IMG/VR virus record: IMGVR_UViG_3300013132_000024
From: an uncultured virus (IMG/VR IMGVR_UViG_3300013132_000024)
Lineage: Duplodnaviria; Heunggongvirae; Uroviricota; Caudoviricetes
Strand: one strand, 5' to 3'
Length of the DNA stretch: 64,000 bases
In this document: positions 1 through 9,188 of the stretch, in pieces
Position numbering within the stretch: the stretch's first letter is position 1
Layout: the number at the start of each line of letters is the position of its first letter
The notes under the pieces: model-generated
What the model saw: only the letters and a program-made list of their open reading frames with translations
Databases searched by the model: none
What the model was told of the DNA's origin: nothing
Translations under genes and position numbers: made by a program

Positions 1-82
1 TAGGGAATAATGTATTTAAAACATACTCTAAATCTTCTTTATCTTTATTTTTAGAATTTGTTTTAAAAAATAAACTAAACAT
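1..82 (-). CDS. Hypothetical protein, partial (runs off the window's left edge)
   Basis: Read manually: ATG at 82 gives MFSLFFKTNSKNKDKEDLEYVLNTLFP..., open to the edge and overlapping the stop of 75..353. Confidence 0.5.
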   Translation of the reverse strand, partial: MFSLFFKTNSKNKDKEDLEYVLNTLFP

Positions 83-353
83 CTTTATAATCCAATTTAG
101 TTTCTATATCAAATTTGCGTTCTTGTAAAGTCTTTTTTGATTTATATCCATGCCTAGGATTTCTACACATCATACAAGAGCAACATTTCATATGATCAGC
201 AAATATTGCTGATCCATATATCTTTTTAGATTGTTTCTTCTTACGTTCTTTATTCTTACGTTTTTTAGAATGTTTATATTGGTTTATCACCTTATTTTCA
301 ACAGGCGAATCTATGTAATCCGTATATTGTGTAAAATATTTTTTAAATTTCAA
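75..353 (-). CDS. Small basic hypothetical protein with a CCSCMMCRNPRH (possible Zn-binding) motif
   Basis: TTG start overlaps the regA stop (TTGA); Cys cluster C-x-C-x2-C-x-N-P-R. Confidence 0.6.
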   Translation of the reverse strand: MKFKKYFTQYTDYIDSPVENKVINQYKHSKKRKNKERKKKQSKKIYGSAIFADHMKCCSCMMCRNPRHGYKSKKTLQERKFDIETKLDYKDV

Positions 354-751
354 TTTACCTTTTTTCTCCCAATATTATATTTTGCCTCAAGGACCCAATT
401 AGTTTTTTCTTTAAAAGGCACTATTTTAATATGATTTAAAGAAGATATAGGAGATAAAGTTTTACCATCATTTACGATTTTAACTAATCCCCATTCTTGT
501 AATAAATTTGCTATTGTATTTCTACGGCCTTTATCTTCTTCAGAAAACGTTGAAGTTTTACCATCTAACATAAACAATTCTTTAAAATGAACTATATAAT
601 ATTTTCCTTGTTTATGTAATATATGACATGTTTGATATAATTTATTGTCCTTTTTAGAAGCTATACCTATCCTAGTCAATGTTTCTTTAATTTTAAGAAA
701 ATCTTCTTCTTCAGCTATCTTCACTTCTACTAGTTTTTCGATTAGATTCAT
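350..751 (-). CDS. regA: Translational repressor RegA
   Basis: FLKIKETLTRIGIAS, LYQTCHILHKQGKYYIVHFKELF; position after gp62 as in T4. Confidence 0.97.
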   Translation of the reverse strand: MNLIEKLVEVKIAEEEDFLKIKETLTRIGIASKKDNKLYQTCHILHKQGKYYIVHFKELFMLDGKTSTFSEEDKGRRNTIANLLQEWGLVKIVNDGKTLSPISSLNHIKIVPFKEKTNWVLEAKYNIGRKKVN

Positions 752-1139
752 TTTTTACACCACCCTTTTCAGTTTTTTCTTTTATCATTTTTATTTGTTC
801 CTTATTAAGGATAGAAAGAGCTTCTTTAGTTCTTTCGTCATTATATTTATAATATTCTTTCACTAACTGAAAATTTGGGGTTTCTGTTGTTTTCTTCTTT
901 TTAAAGAACCTCTTCTTAGGTTTAACCATATAAAACAAAAAATCATATTGTAATTTATGATCTAAATGCGCATTCATATTCATTTCATTAACTATAAGAA
1001 TAGTATCTATATAGTTAGATAGAATATTATTGGTTCGCCAAGGAACATACTTATGTTCTATAGCATATACTTCAGTTTCTTCGTATTTCTTACTGAACGA
1101 AATAGAATTCTCGTATCTCCAATCGTATACTATTGTCAT
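711..1139 (-). CDS. gp62: Clamp loader small subunit
   Basis: NEMN...LQYDFL, VKEYYKYNDERTKEALSIL; synteny gp45-gp44-gp62-regA. Confidence 0.9.
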   Translation of the reverse strand: MTIVYDWRYENSISFSKKYEETEVYAIEHKYVPWRTNNILSNYIDTILIVNEMNMNAHLDHKLQYDFLFYMVKPKKRFFKKKKTTETPNFQLVKEYYKYNDERTKEALSILNKEQIKMIKEKTEKGGVKNESNRKTSRSEDS

Positions 1140-1277
1140 TCAATACATCTTTACAGGAAATTTAGAATATGCTCTGTCTTTAAGCATAATTATGTTTAAT
1201 TCTGACCACCAGAAATCTTTATGTACTAATTTTAAATCATTTATCAATTCAGGATTTAATTTAAATATTTCATTCAT
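1140..1277 (-). CDS. 45-aa hypothetical protein between gp44 and gp62 (not in the ORF track)
   Basis: MNEIFKLNPELINDLKLVHKDFWWSELNIIMLKDRAYSKFPVKMY*; TAATG overlap with the gp44 stop; TGA abuts the gp62 ATG. Confidence 0.55.
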   Translation of the reverse strand: MNEIFKLNPELINDLKLVHKDFWWSELNIIMLKDRAYSKFPVKMY

Positions 1278-2209
1278 TATAATTTACACTCTATCATACA
1301 TTCGGTCAAAAATGCCATAAAATTAATATCAGGATTCGCTGAAAACGCATTCTGATATTGATATTTCGCTATCAATAATACCAACATTGGTACTGATTGT
1401 TTTTCAAAATAATCGTATGCTATATCATAAAATTCTCGATATAAGCTATTGATATCAGTATCTAAATTAGCTGATACCCAATGTCTCATATCTGAGTAAT
1501 TTTTACCTTTCATAAGAACTATTAATTCTTTAATAGAAGCTTCCTGTAGATTGGCTAATATACCAGAATCTATATTACCAGTTGAAGAATATTTTTGAAG
1601 CTCGTTAAGAGTCCTTCTCCAATCAGGAAAATACTTCTCTAATACTTTAGCAACAACAGCTTTATCATATTCTATTTTTTCTATATTAAGAATATATTCT
1701 ACTCTTTTAAAGAACATAGAAGCTAATTTAGCCATATCTTTTTTTGAAATTTTAAAATCAACAACCGAACATCTAGAATGTAGAGGTTCAATAATTCTAT
1801 TTTTAAAATTACATGTAAGAATAAATCCACAATTCTTAGAAAATTCTTCCATGAAATTTCTAAGAGCTGGTTGAGTAGAATTTGGATTTAGATAATCTGC
1901 CTCGTCCAAAATTACATATTTTCTACCTCCAGATAAAGATATTGAAGAAGCGAACGTCAATATCTCATTTCTTAATGTATCTATATTACCGTTCATAGAA
2001 CCGTTAATTTCTATATAATCACAACCTAATTCTTCAAGCATTGCTCTAGCTACAGTAGTTTTACCTACTCCAGCAGTACCTGAAAGTATAAGATTAGGTA
2101 CATTCCTTTGAGCAACGAATTGCTCAAAGGTTTTCTTTAATTCTTGTGGTAATATTGTATCACTAACAGTTTTTGGGCGATATTTTTCAACCCATAAAAA
2201 ATGATCCAT
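1277..2209 (-). CDS. gp44: Clamp loader large subunit (AAA+)
   Basis: LWVEKYRP, GTAGVGKTT, ILDEAD, LHSRC (RFC boxes). Confidence 0.97.
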   Translation of the reverse strand: MDHFLWVEKYRPKTVSDTILPQELKKTFEQFVAQRNVPNLILSGTAGVGKTTVARAMLEELGCDYIEINGSMNGNIDTLRNEILTFASSISLSGGRKYVILDEADYLNPNSTQPALRNFMEEFSKNCGFILTCNFKNRIIEPLHSRCSVVDFKISKKDMAKLASMFFKRVEYILNIEKIEYDKAVVAKVLEKYFPDWRRTLNELQKYSSTGNIDSGILANLQEASIKELIVLMKGKNYSDMRHWVSANLDTDINSLYREFYDIAYDYFEKQSVPMLVLLIAKYQYQNAFSANPDINFMAFLTECMIECKL

Positions 2210-2269
2210 AATCTAGCCGTCCTATCTTCACAACCAAATATTATATAATATTGTTTTTTACACCAACAA

Positions 2270-2923
2270 TTAGAATGTGGAAGTCGATTCAACTGCAATA
2301 AAATACTCCACATTAGGAGACTTCCACAAGGAAATACCCTTGGCTGATATAGTAACATTATATGTATCTGGAAGAAGCTTAATATTCTCTGGTTTAAATA
2401 TGGCAGAAAATTTCTTTTCTGTATTACCAATTTTTAAAGAATATACGTCTCCCGAAGGATTTTTTGTATCTAAAGCTTGTAAATAAATATGTTGTCCATC
2501 ACCATGAACAACTATTTCGGGCACATTAAGAACCGATAAAGCTTTTTCGACATTCTTCATTTCTTCGTTAGTAATTTCTAACTCTACTTCTTTAGAAGGA
2601 AGAATTAACTCTTTTTCTGGAGCCTTTGTAAGTAAAGCTTCTTCGGCATAAACATATTTAATGTTTTTATTTTCGTCAGAAATAGTCACATACTTGTCTT
2701 CAAAAGTTAATTCTGGATCATTAAACAACGATAACGAAGATAAGAATCTATCTAAACTGTAAATAGCAAAATCTTGTTCAAATGATACAGCTATAGCAGC
2801 TTTACCAACGATAGTTTTAATTGGTGATATTGTTCTAAGAACGTTGCCTTGTTTTATAAAAATAGAATTATTAATTTTAGAAAAATTCTTTAAAACAGCA
2901 ATAGTATTAGCATCAAGTTTCAT
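2270..2923 (-). CDS. gp45: DNA polymerase sliding clamp
   Basis: MKL...TIAVLKNFSKINNSI, FAIYSLDRFL, EYFIAVE; synteny. Confidence 0.95.
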   Translation of the reverse strand: MKLDANTIAVLKNFSKINNSIFIKQGNVLRTISPIKTIVGKAAIAVSFEQDFAIYSLDRFLSSLSLFNDPELTFEDKYVTISDENKNIKYVYAEEALLTKAPEKELILPSKEVELEITNEEMKNVEKALSVLNVPEIVVHGDGQHIYLQALDTKNPSGDVYSLKIGNTEKKFSAIFKPENIKLLPDTYNVTISAKGISLWKSPNVEYFIAVESTSTF

Positions 2924-2938
2924 TATATATAATCTCCA

Positions 2939-3184
2939 TTATTTTACACAGTTACATAAATTAGCAGATTGATTTTTCTTTACTAATTCCATTATTTCTT
3001 CACAAGATTCTAAACATGTTATAGTTTTACCCATTTTTAATACAACAACAGTAATTTCTGGTACTTCATCATCCGGTTGTATAATTGATGACTTTATTTT
3101 CTTTTTCCTTTCCATAACAACAATTTCGTTCACATCAACCCATAAATCATGAGTATCTAATGGATGCATTAATTTAATTAACAT
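2939..3184 (-). CDS. Hypothetical protein
   Basis: Tightly packed ORF in the operon; no motif recognised. Confidence 0.6.
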   Translation of the reverse strand: MLIKLMHPLDTHDLWVDVNEIVVMERKKKIKSSIIQPDDEVPEITVVVLKMGKTITCLESCEEIMELVKKNQSANLCNCVK

Positions 3185-3185
3185 A

Positions 3186-4031
3186 TTAACCCTTTCCGCC
3201 TAATTTATTAGGATCAGCAGTTGCTGCAACTCCTACAGCAGCTAAATCTGCTAAAGAACCACCAAAAATATATGTTCCGACGTGAGAAAGTCTCATCCAA
3301 GGACAAAACCAAGTTTTAAGTCCTATTTGTTGAGCTTTTTGACAAAACCAATAATCTTCAGATAAATATCTTTTAGTTACAGGATCTACTTCTGCTTGAA
3401 AAAACATCATAATTTCTCTAGAACCATCAAAATGTTTAGTTCTTACATGATCAGGTTTATAGAGGTAATTATTATACTTTTCTTGGAATTTGAGTAAAGC
3501 TTCTTTTTTAATCATCATAAAACCTGTACCAATTTCTAATACCTCTACAGGTTCTCCTATTGGTATTTGAGATTGTCCAGCTATAGGATTAAAAACATAA
3601 TCTCCAACAAATTTTTCTAAAACATTAGGGTCTTCATCCGCTACTCCACGATCTACTGCATGCTTAATTTTTTCCCAAGAAATACATTTCTTGGGATACG
3701 GTCCACCAATAATATCGTAAACAGGGTTTTGTATTTGAAGAGCCATTAAGGCTATAATATCTTGTGATTCAAACCCAATATCTGAATCAATGAACATTAA
3801 ATGCGTAGCATCTGATCTCATAAATTCATCACAACAATAATTTCTAGCTCTAGTAATTAATGATTCATTGAATAAGAAATATAACTGTAACGGAATTCCA
3901 TGTTTAGCACAAAATGCAGATAAATCTGAAATAGATTTAGTATAAATACCAGCACATTGACCACCATACATTGGTGTACATACCATAAGTTTTCGTTCTC
4001 TTAATTTTTCAATATCAATTTTTATCTCTAT
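3186..4031 (-). CDS. GT-A-like glycosyltransferase-family protein; probable start is ATA at 4031 (track start 3986)
   Basis: TPMYGG, NESLITRARN, THLMFIDSD (DxD), GTGFMMI, YLSEDYWFC, HVG; AAGGAG RBS 8 nt before an in-frame ATA. Confidence 0.7.
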   Translation of the reverse strand: MEIKIDIEKLRERKLMVCTPMYGGQCAGIYTKSISDLSAFCAKHGIPLQLYFLFNESLITRARNYCCDEFMRSDATHLMFIDSDIGFESQDIIALMALQIQNPVYDIIGGPYPKKCISWEKIKHAVDRGVADEDPNVLEKFVGDYVFNPIAGQSQIPIGEPVEVLEIGTGFMMIKKEALLKFQEKYNNYLYKPDHVRTKHFDGSREIMMFFQAEVDPVTKRYLSEDYWFCQKAQQIGLKTWFCPWMRLSHVGTYIFGGSLADLAAVGVAATADPNKLGGKG

Positions 4032-4079
4032 GATACTAACTCCTTTTTAATAAATTTACCAATTAAATATGTATAAGGC

Positions 4080-4397
4080 TTACCTTTTCTTAGTTCTTCC
4101 ACGTCTATTTTTATTTTCATTCACATTTTTCCCTTTATAATGATCGTTATATAAACACATTAATATATAATGCATAGCTTTCATAAGATCAGCTTTATTA
4201 GAGCCGTTCTTCTTTCCATATCGCCAAAGGTATTTTAATGCTGTATTTCTAAAGGTAGGTGTTGCATCATCTAAAGCAATCCAAGCATCAAAACATTCGA
4301 CTTTAGTTTCTTCTGTTTTGTAATGTTCATTGTATGTCGCCAGAACATAATTTTTAAAATCGTTTATTATTTCTTCTTCACAATATTTAGTATTCAT
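4080..4397 (-). CDS. DUF3310-like protein
   Basis: HY...ECFD...NTALKYLWRYGKKNG...DLMKAMHY pattern. Confidence 0.7.
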   Translation of the reverse strand: MNTKYCEEEIINDFKNYVLATYNEHYKTEETKVECFDAWIALDDATPTFRNTALKYLWRYGKKNGSNKADLMKAMHYILMCLYNDHYKGKNVNENKNRRGRTKKR

Positions 4398-4400
4398 ATT

Positions 4401-5186
4401 TTATCCAAAAAAGCTGTCTAATGTTGAACCAATTTTAGAAGATTTATCTTTTAATCTAAGTTCTGCATGACCAGTAGCAGGACGAATATACATAGTACAA
4501 TATTCTGGAAACATATCAGCTATTTGTTTGATAGATTTATCATTATATTCTTTATTTCGAACTGTTTGTAACCCACCAGGTTCTTTACGAAAATTTGTAT
4601 CTACTGTATAATTATCTAATCTACATAATACACCATTCTTAATATATTGTCTAATAGAATATTCATAATCTTCGCCATGATTTGTAATCCGTTCTAAAAA
4701 CGGATCATGTTGAATAATTATACCGCTAAACCAAGCTAAAATATAGCAAAGTTTAGTATATGTTCTATCTTTCATAAAATAGGCATTAGCCGCACCATAT
4801 AAACCAAATGTTTTTGCACCAACTCTATCACATTCAGAAAAACCTAATTGAATTAATTTCTCTAAATCATCAACTTTTCCAAGTTTTTGTTCTCCAACTT
4901 TAACTTGTATTTCGTTTAAATCATCATCAAAAGTCATCAAATATGTATTTTCAGGATAATATTTTTCGATAAAATTTCTGGTTGCTCCAATTGTTGGAAC
5001 ATTTGAATTTACAATATTATACTTTCCTTCTAATGATTTATTATATGAATCATATTCTTCAGAGTTAGATACAAATACTGTAATTTTATCTTTGTTTATA
5101 CCATATTCGTCTAAAAGTTTTAGTGTTTTTTTCTTAATTGTTTCTGACCTTTTATAACTAGGGACAGAAATGACATAATCTACCAT
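4401..5186 (-). CDS. TET/JBP-associated glycosyltransferase (TAGT/GREB1/JGT-like)
   Basis: ISVPSYKRS, RNFI, FDDD, EDYEYS, GGLQ motifs; directly downstream of the TET/JBP-like dioxygenase. Confidence 0.75.
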   Translation of the reverse strand: MVDYVISVPSYKRSETIKKKTLKLLDEYGINKDKITVFVSNSEEYDSYNKSLEGKYNIVNSNVPTIGATRNFIEKYYPENTYLMTFDDDLNEIQVKVGEQKLGKVDDLEKLIQLGFSECDRVGAKTFGLYGAANAYFMKDRTYTKLCYILAWFSGIIIQHDPFLERITNHGEDYEYSIRQYIKNGVLCRLDNYTVDTNFRKEPGGLQTVRNKEYNDKSIKQIADMFPEYCTMYIRPATGHAELRLKDKSSKIGSTLDSFFG

Positions 5187-5199
5187 TATAAAACCTTTC

Positions 5200-6495
5200 T
5201 TAAGCTAAAAAATCAGATAAATTAGACTGTTTTATGATTGGATATGGATTTTCTATATTATAATGTTTCATATAATTATACCATTCATCTTGATTCCACA
5301 TATCCGGAGATACTCCATTCCATCCTTTTCTCCATAATGTATGATTTTCATTTAATCTACGTTCTTCTACATATTGATGACGTAATGACTCATATTCCCA
5401 TGATTTTAATTCCATCATCTTTTCACGAAAATAAGCAACTACGGTCATTCGATCATTATTATCACCAATAAGAGCATCATTGCCATGTATACCGTCATGA
5501 TTGTTAACTAACAACATATCACCAGGTTGAATATTAATAGCTATACGATACTCTGGAAGAATAAATTCCCCGCCTTTCCATCCTTTACCTTCTGGTCCAG
5601 TAAGACCACATATATTTGAGAATCCTTCATGTAAATCACCTGCGTCTCTATGACACGCTGTTCTCCAGTTATGGTTTACAGTTAATGTAGTAAATACGGT
5701 TGAAGATATAAGAAATCTGTTATCTAGATAACTAGAAGATTTATGTTGCTTTCTCCAACGATTAGGCAAATGTTTCTTAAATTGTTCGTTCAATTTTTTC
5801 AAATATGGAAAACATAAAGAAAATTTCTCAAAATTTTTCTCAGTATAAGCTGTTGCTCTTCCGTATGGAATACGTGGATATCTATCAAAATATCCAGCAA
5901 TACCAGAAATTACAGGATTAGCATAATTGGTATCTGAAATATAATTATCAGAAACGTATTGAGCTTCTTTACGTTGTTCTTCTCTAGATAAATTATGTAA
6001 TCCATTTACCCATTTATCAAACCAACCATTATAATCTTCATAGCGTTCTAAGATTTTATTTCTTAACCAAACAAACCCACGAACTTCATCTTTCTTAATA
6101 CAAGAAAGATGATGATTACGAATATATTGTATAGATTGATCGTCAACAAGTATATTGTCTGGACGCAATAAAAAATCCAGAATATCGTGATGATATTCTG
6201 TTACCCAATCTCTATTTTGGAGTTTTTCATTACGAGGGCCAGCGGCTACACCTCTATTTTGAGATTCTATAGCCGCTCCGCGTAATCCTGCATAAGCAGA
6301 ATCACACTTTTCTTTAGTAAATATATTCTTACGATATTTAAAGATTATATTTGCTTCAGTAGTAGTTCCATCTATTGTTTCTGCATAAAGATCAGTATCA
6401 TCATTAATGATTTCGTCAGCATATTCAGCACAAGTAATATACTTACCTAATGTTTCTTCAGAATCAACTTTTTTCTTAACTAATATTCTTACCAT
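5200..6495 (-). CDS. TET/JBP-family 2OG-Fe(II) 5-methylpyrimidine dioxygenase
   Basis: SGIAGYFD; FTTLTVNHNWRTACHRDAGD (HxD); IHGN (distal His); RMTVVAYFRE (2OG-binding Arg). Confidence 0.8.
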   Translation of the reverse strand: MVRILVKKKVDSEETLGKYITCAEYADEIINDDTDLYAETIDGTTTEANIIFKYRKNIFTKEKCDSAYAGLRGAAIESQNRGVAAGPRNEKLQNRDWVTEYHHDILDFLLRPDNILVDDQSIQYIRNHHLSCIKKDEVRGFVWLRNKILERYEDYNGWFDKWVNGLHNLSREEQRKEAQYVSDNYISDTNYANPVISGIAGYFDRYPRIPYGRATAYTEKNFEKFSLCFPYLKKLNEQFKKHLPNRWRKQHKSSSYLDNRFLISSTVFTTLTVNHNWRTACHRDAGDLHEGFSNICGLTGPEGKGWKGGEFILPEYRIAINIQPGDMLLVNNHDGIHGNDALIGDNNDRMTVVAYFREKMMELKSWEYESLRHQYVEERRLNENHTLWRKGWNGVSPDMWNQDEWYNYMKHYNIENPYPIIKQSNLSDFLA

Positions 6496-6916
6496 TTAAT
6501 ACTCTCTCAATATCTGCTGGTTTATAATTTGGTCTTTTTAGAACCTTACCATCTTCACGATATATTGGGTTACCATCTTCACCTAGTTTGCTCATATTTG
6601 AATAATGAACTTCTCTATATACATCATCAATAGGAATACCATAAGCAGCCGCAGTACCATATACTACATAAAGTAAATCTGCAAGTTCTTTGGCTAATTT
6701 TGGTAAATTTATAGAATAAGAATAATCACATATTACAGGACCACTAGCCTGAAAATAACCCATTTCCTCCATAACTTCTTTATATTCTTCAACAATCAAT
6801 TTTACTCTTAGATTTCTTATATCTTTAGATTGTTCTGTTGGTACTTCTGGATCTTTTACTTTATTAAATGCTTGATGGAATTCTTTCACTAACTCAAAAT
6901 TTGTTTTCATAGCCAC
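6476..6916 (-). CDS. MazG-like NTP pyrophosphohydrolase (PRA-PH-like)
   Basis: VKEFH, LIVEEYKE, KELADLLYVVYG, EVHYSNMSK, REDGKVLK. Confidence 0.88.
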   Translation of the reverse strand: MAMKTNFELVKEFHQAFNKVKDPEVPTEQSKDIRNLRVKLIVEEYKEVMEEMGYFQASGPVICDYSYSINLPKLAKELADLLYVVYGTAAAYGIPIDDVYREVHYSNMSKLGEDGNPIYREDGKVLKRPNYKPADIERVLNGKNIS

Positions 6917-7422
6917 TCCGGGGGATTTCTATTAGTCCAACGATGTAAATCTTTTTTACCTAATCTGTAATAGTTTCTATAACTATTTATCACAGAATTT
7001 GGATCTTTATACTCGTCAGGCATGCATTTTGGCATTTCTGTCATATCAAAATCGCATAAATTCTTAGGTGGGCTTTGTAAGATATAACCCATAGAAAAAC
7101 ATTTATGTTTCTTATTATATCTATGAGTATATTCGTTACATAAGGCGAAAAAATGGTCAACTAACCAATTATAATTTTCTACAGCTGTTCTAGTCCATAT
7201 AGCTGATGGATGATTGATATGTGTTGCTTTATACATTATAGGTTCACGTTCATCATATAATGTATATACTGTTTTATTATTTACTTTTGTTTTAGTACCA
7301 TCTAGTATTCTGTGTGCAGTAGAAAGAAGTTGAGCAGATTCCAATATCATTTTTACTACATGTTTATCTACCATCCATTGTGCTGCTTGTACAGGATTTT
7401 CATCAATATAAAATATGTTCAT
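6907..7422 (-). CDS. Pyrimidine-dimer DNA glycosylase / endonuclease V-like protein
   Basis: MNIFYID...DKHVVKMILESAQLLSTAH, YKATHINHPSAIW, YRNYY. Confidence 0.75.
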   Translation of the reverse strand: MNIFYIDENPVQAAQWMVDKHVVKMILESAQLLSTAHRILDGTKTKVNNKTVYTLYDEREPIMYKATHINHPSAIWTRTAVENYNWLVDHFFALCNEYTHRYNKKHKCFSMGYILQSPPKNLCDFDMTEMPKCMPDEYKDPNSVINSYRNYYRLGKKDLHRWTNRNPPEWL

Positions 7423-7423
7423 T

Positions 7424-7684
7424 TTAATCCTCCATTACAGAAAAATTCATACCAGATAAAATAATTGGTATCATAAACAATTCACTGCCAACGGTTACTT
7501 TTAATCCTACTTGACCGGAATATAAATCTACAAACCCATATATTTCAGTATTCTCATCTGCTATAGATGTTTTTAAAAATTCTCTTATTTCTGAAGCTAA
7601 AATATATGATTTATTATCATAACCATGTTTGTTTATAAATTCGCCTATTCTAGCAAATGCTATATCTGATTCATTATTATTCAT
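7424..7684 (-). CDS. Hypothetical protein
   Basis: Packed ORF with ATGA overlap with def. Confidence 0.55.
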   Translation of the reverse strand: MNNNESDIAFARIGEFINKHGYDNKSYILASEIREFLKTSIADENTEIYGFVDLYSGQVGLKVTVGSELFMIPIILSGMNFSVMED

Positions 7685-8160
7685 TTTTTCTTTAACTTTT
7701 TCAACGCCATATCTAATTTTAATTTTGAAACAAGATCTGTAAAAACTTTACCTTGAAGGTGATCATACTCGTGTTGAAATATGCGAGCAGATAGTCCTGT
7801 AAATTTTTTGGTTAAAATGTCACCATTAGGTGTATTAAATCTCACACGAATATGTTGTGGTCTTTTTATTTTTAATAAAAGACCAGAAAAAGATAAACAT
7901 CCTTCTTCTAATTCTATTAGAGAATTAGATGACCAAACCACTACAGGATTAAAACAAACAAAATTTTCTGGTGCTCCTCTCATAGCAAATATAGAGTACG
8001 GAACACCAACTTGATTCGCCGCCAACCCCAAACCGCCTTTATCATACATATATTTTACTATATCCTTGGAAAAGAGTATAGGGTCAAAAGGCGGCGAAAG
8101 AAAATTAAATTTTTCTGTTGGCGTTCTTAATATAGGATCATTTTTATCGACTAAGTTCAT
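7681..8160 (-). CDS. def: Peptide deformylase
   Basis: GLGLAANQVG, EGCLS, QHEYDHLQG. Confidence 0.96.
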   Translation of the reverse strand: MNLVDKNDPILRTPTEKFNFLSPPFDPILFSKDIVKYMYDKGGLGLAANQVGVPYSIFAMRGAPENFVCFNPVVVWSSNSLIELEEGCLSFSGLLLKIKRPQHIRVRFNTPNGDILTKKFTGLSARIFQHEYDHLQGKVFTDLVSKLKLDMALKKLKKK

Positions 8161-8161
8161 A

Positions 8162-8842
8162 TTATTTCATCGCATATATTAAGCTTGTCCAAGCCTTTAA
8201 AGTTGGCGGAGGGGCAATAACAGTACTAAAATTTGCTTTAAGATAACTTGTTATGTATTTGAATTTACTTTGATCTTTATCGTTAAGGTGGGATTGATGC
8301 CATTCCATCATAATAGTATCTGCCGAAGACCAGTCTATATCGTTATTAAGGAATATATCATATTCCGCGCCTTCAATATCTAATTTGATTTTATTAGGCT
8401 TGATTCGATTAACTTCTTCGGAAAATCTTTTAGCATTAACGGTAACAGCAGTTCTTCCTCTTTTTTCGATAAGAGAATGCATACCTTTGTTTTTTAAATT
8501 GTTTACATAAAAAGAAACATTAGGAACATTATTTGATATTAGAGCATAATTATATATTGTAACATTATTACAATTATTATGTTGTAAATTTTTACTAGCT
8601 AATTCAAAATTGTCTTTATCTGGTTCATAAGAATGAACTTCTTTTACTAATTTAGATACTCTTGTTGAATATCCACCTATATTAGCACCTACATCTAAAA
8701 CAATATCTGTTGGTTTATAACTGAAAAACTTTTTGAAATATGTTGTACCATAACATTCATCAATCACAAGTTGATCAGAAGTTCCTTGTCTTACATAAAA
8801 AGATTCTGATATGTTTTTTTTATTATATATTTCTAATTTCAT
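8162..8842 (-). CDS. FkbM-family SAM methyltransferase (likely start MKLEIY at 8842)
   Basis: VLDVGANIG, YEP, IKLDIEGAEY; GGAG RBS upstream of 8842. Confidence 0.85.
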   Translation of the reverse strand: MKLEIYNKKNISESFYVRQGTSDQLVIDECYGTTYFKKFFSYKPTDIVLDVGANIGGYSTRVSKLVKEVHSYEPDKDNFELASKNLQHNNCNNVTIYNYALISNNVPNVSFYVNNLKNKGMHSLIEKRGRTAVTVNAKRFSEEVNRIKPNKIKLDIEGAEYDIFLNNDIDWSSADTIMMEWHQSHLNDKDQSKFKYITSYLKANFSTVIAPPPTLKAWTSLIYAMK

Positions 8843-8856
8843 CTTTTCTCCATATT

Positions 8857-9132
8857 TTATCTTCCACACGCTTCATGTATAGCAGACATATAATCTACTG
8901 GTTCAAGTTTAATTAACTCGCTAGGCAATTCTAATTCTTCGCTTGTTAATGTATGATATAATTCGTTTATTAAAATTTTATGTAATTCAAAACTTGGATC
9001 TAATCCTACTAATTGATTACAATCTGTTTCTAATTCTTTTATTTCTTCAAGAGTCATCTTACCTAAAATAACCAATATTGCTCCTAGTTGAGAACTCTCT
9101 AATGATTTAATTTTATCACGTAAATATCTCAT
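8857..9132 (-). CDS. Hypothetical protein
   Basis: ORF with a GAGGA RBS; no motif recognised. Confidence 0.55.
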   Translation of the reverse strand: MRYLRDKIKSLESSQLGAILVILGKMTLEEIKELETDCNQLVGLDPSFELHKILINELYHTLTSEELELPSELIKLEPVDYMSAIHEACGR

Positions 9133-9188
9133 TTATTATTCAATCCTCTAGTATAACCATTATCTATATATTTTTGTAACAAATAGTG

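Noticed and set aside
75..353. MKFKKYFTQ as a capsid-targeting leader
   Set aside because: It lacks the (L/I)xE cleavage site and lies in the replication operon.
2137..2430. 97-aa minus-strand ORF overlapping gp45 and gp44
   Set aside because: Alternate-frame overlap of two conserved genes with no supporting signal.
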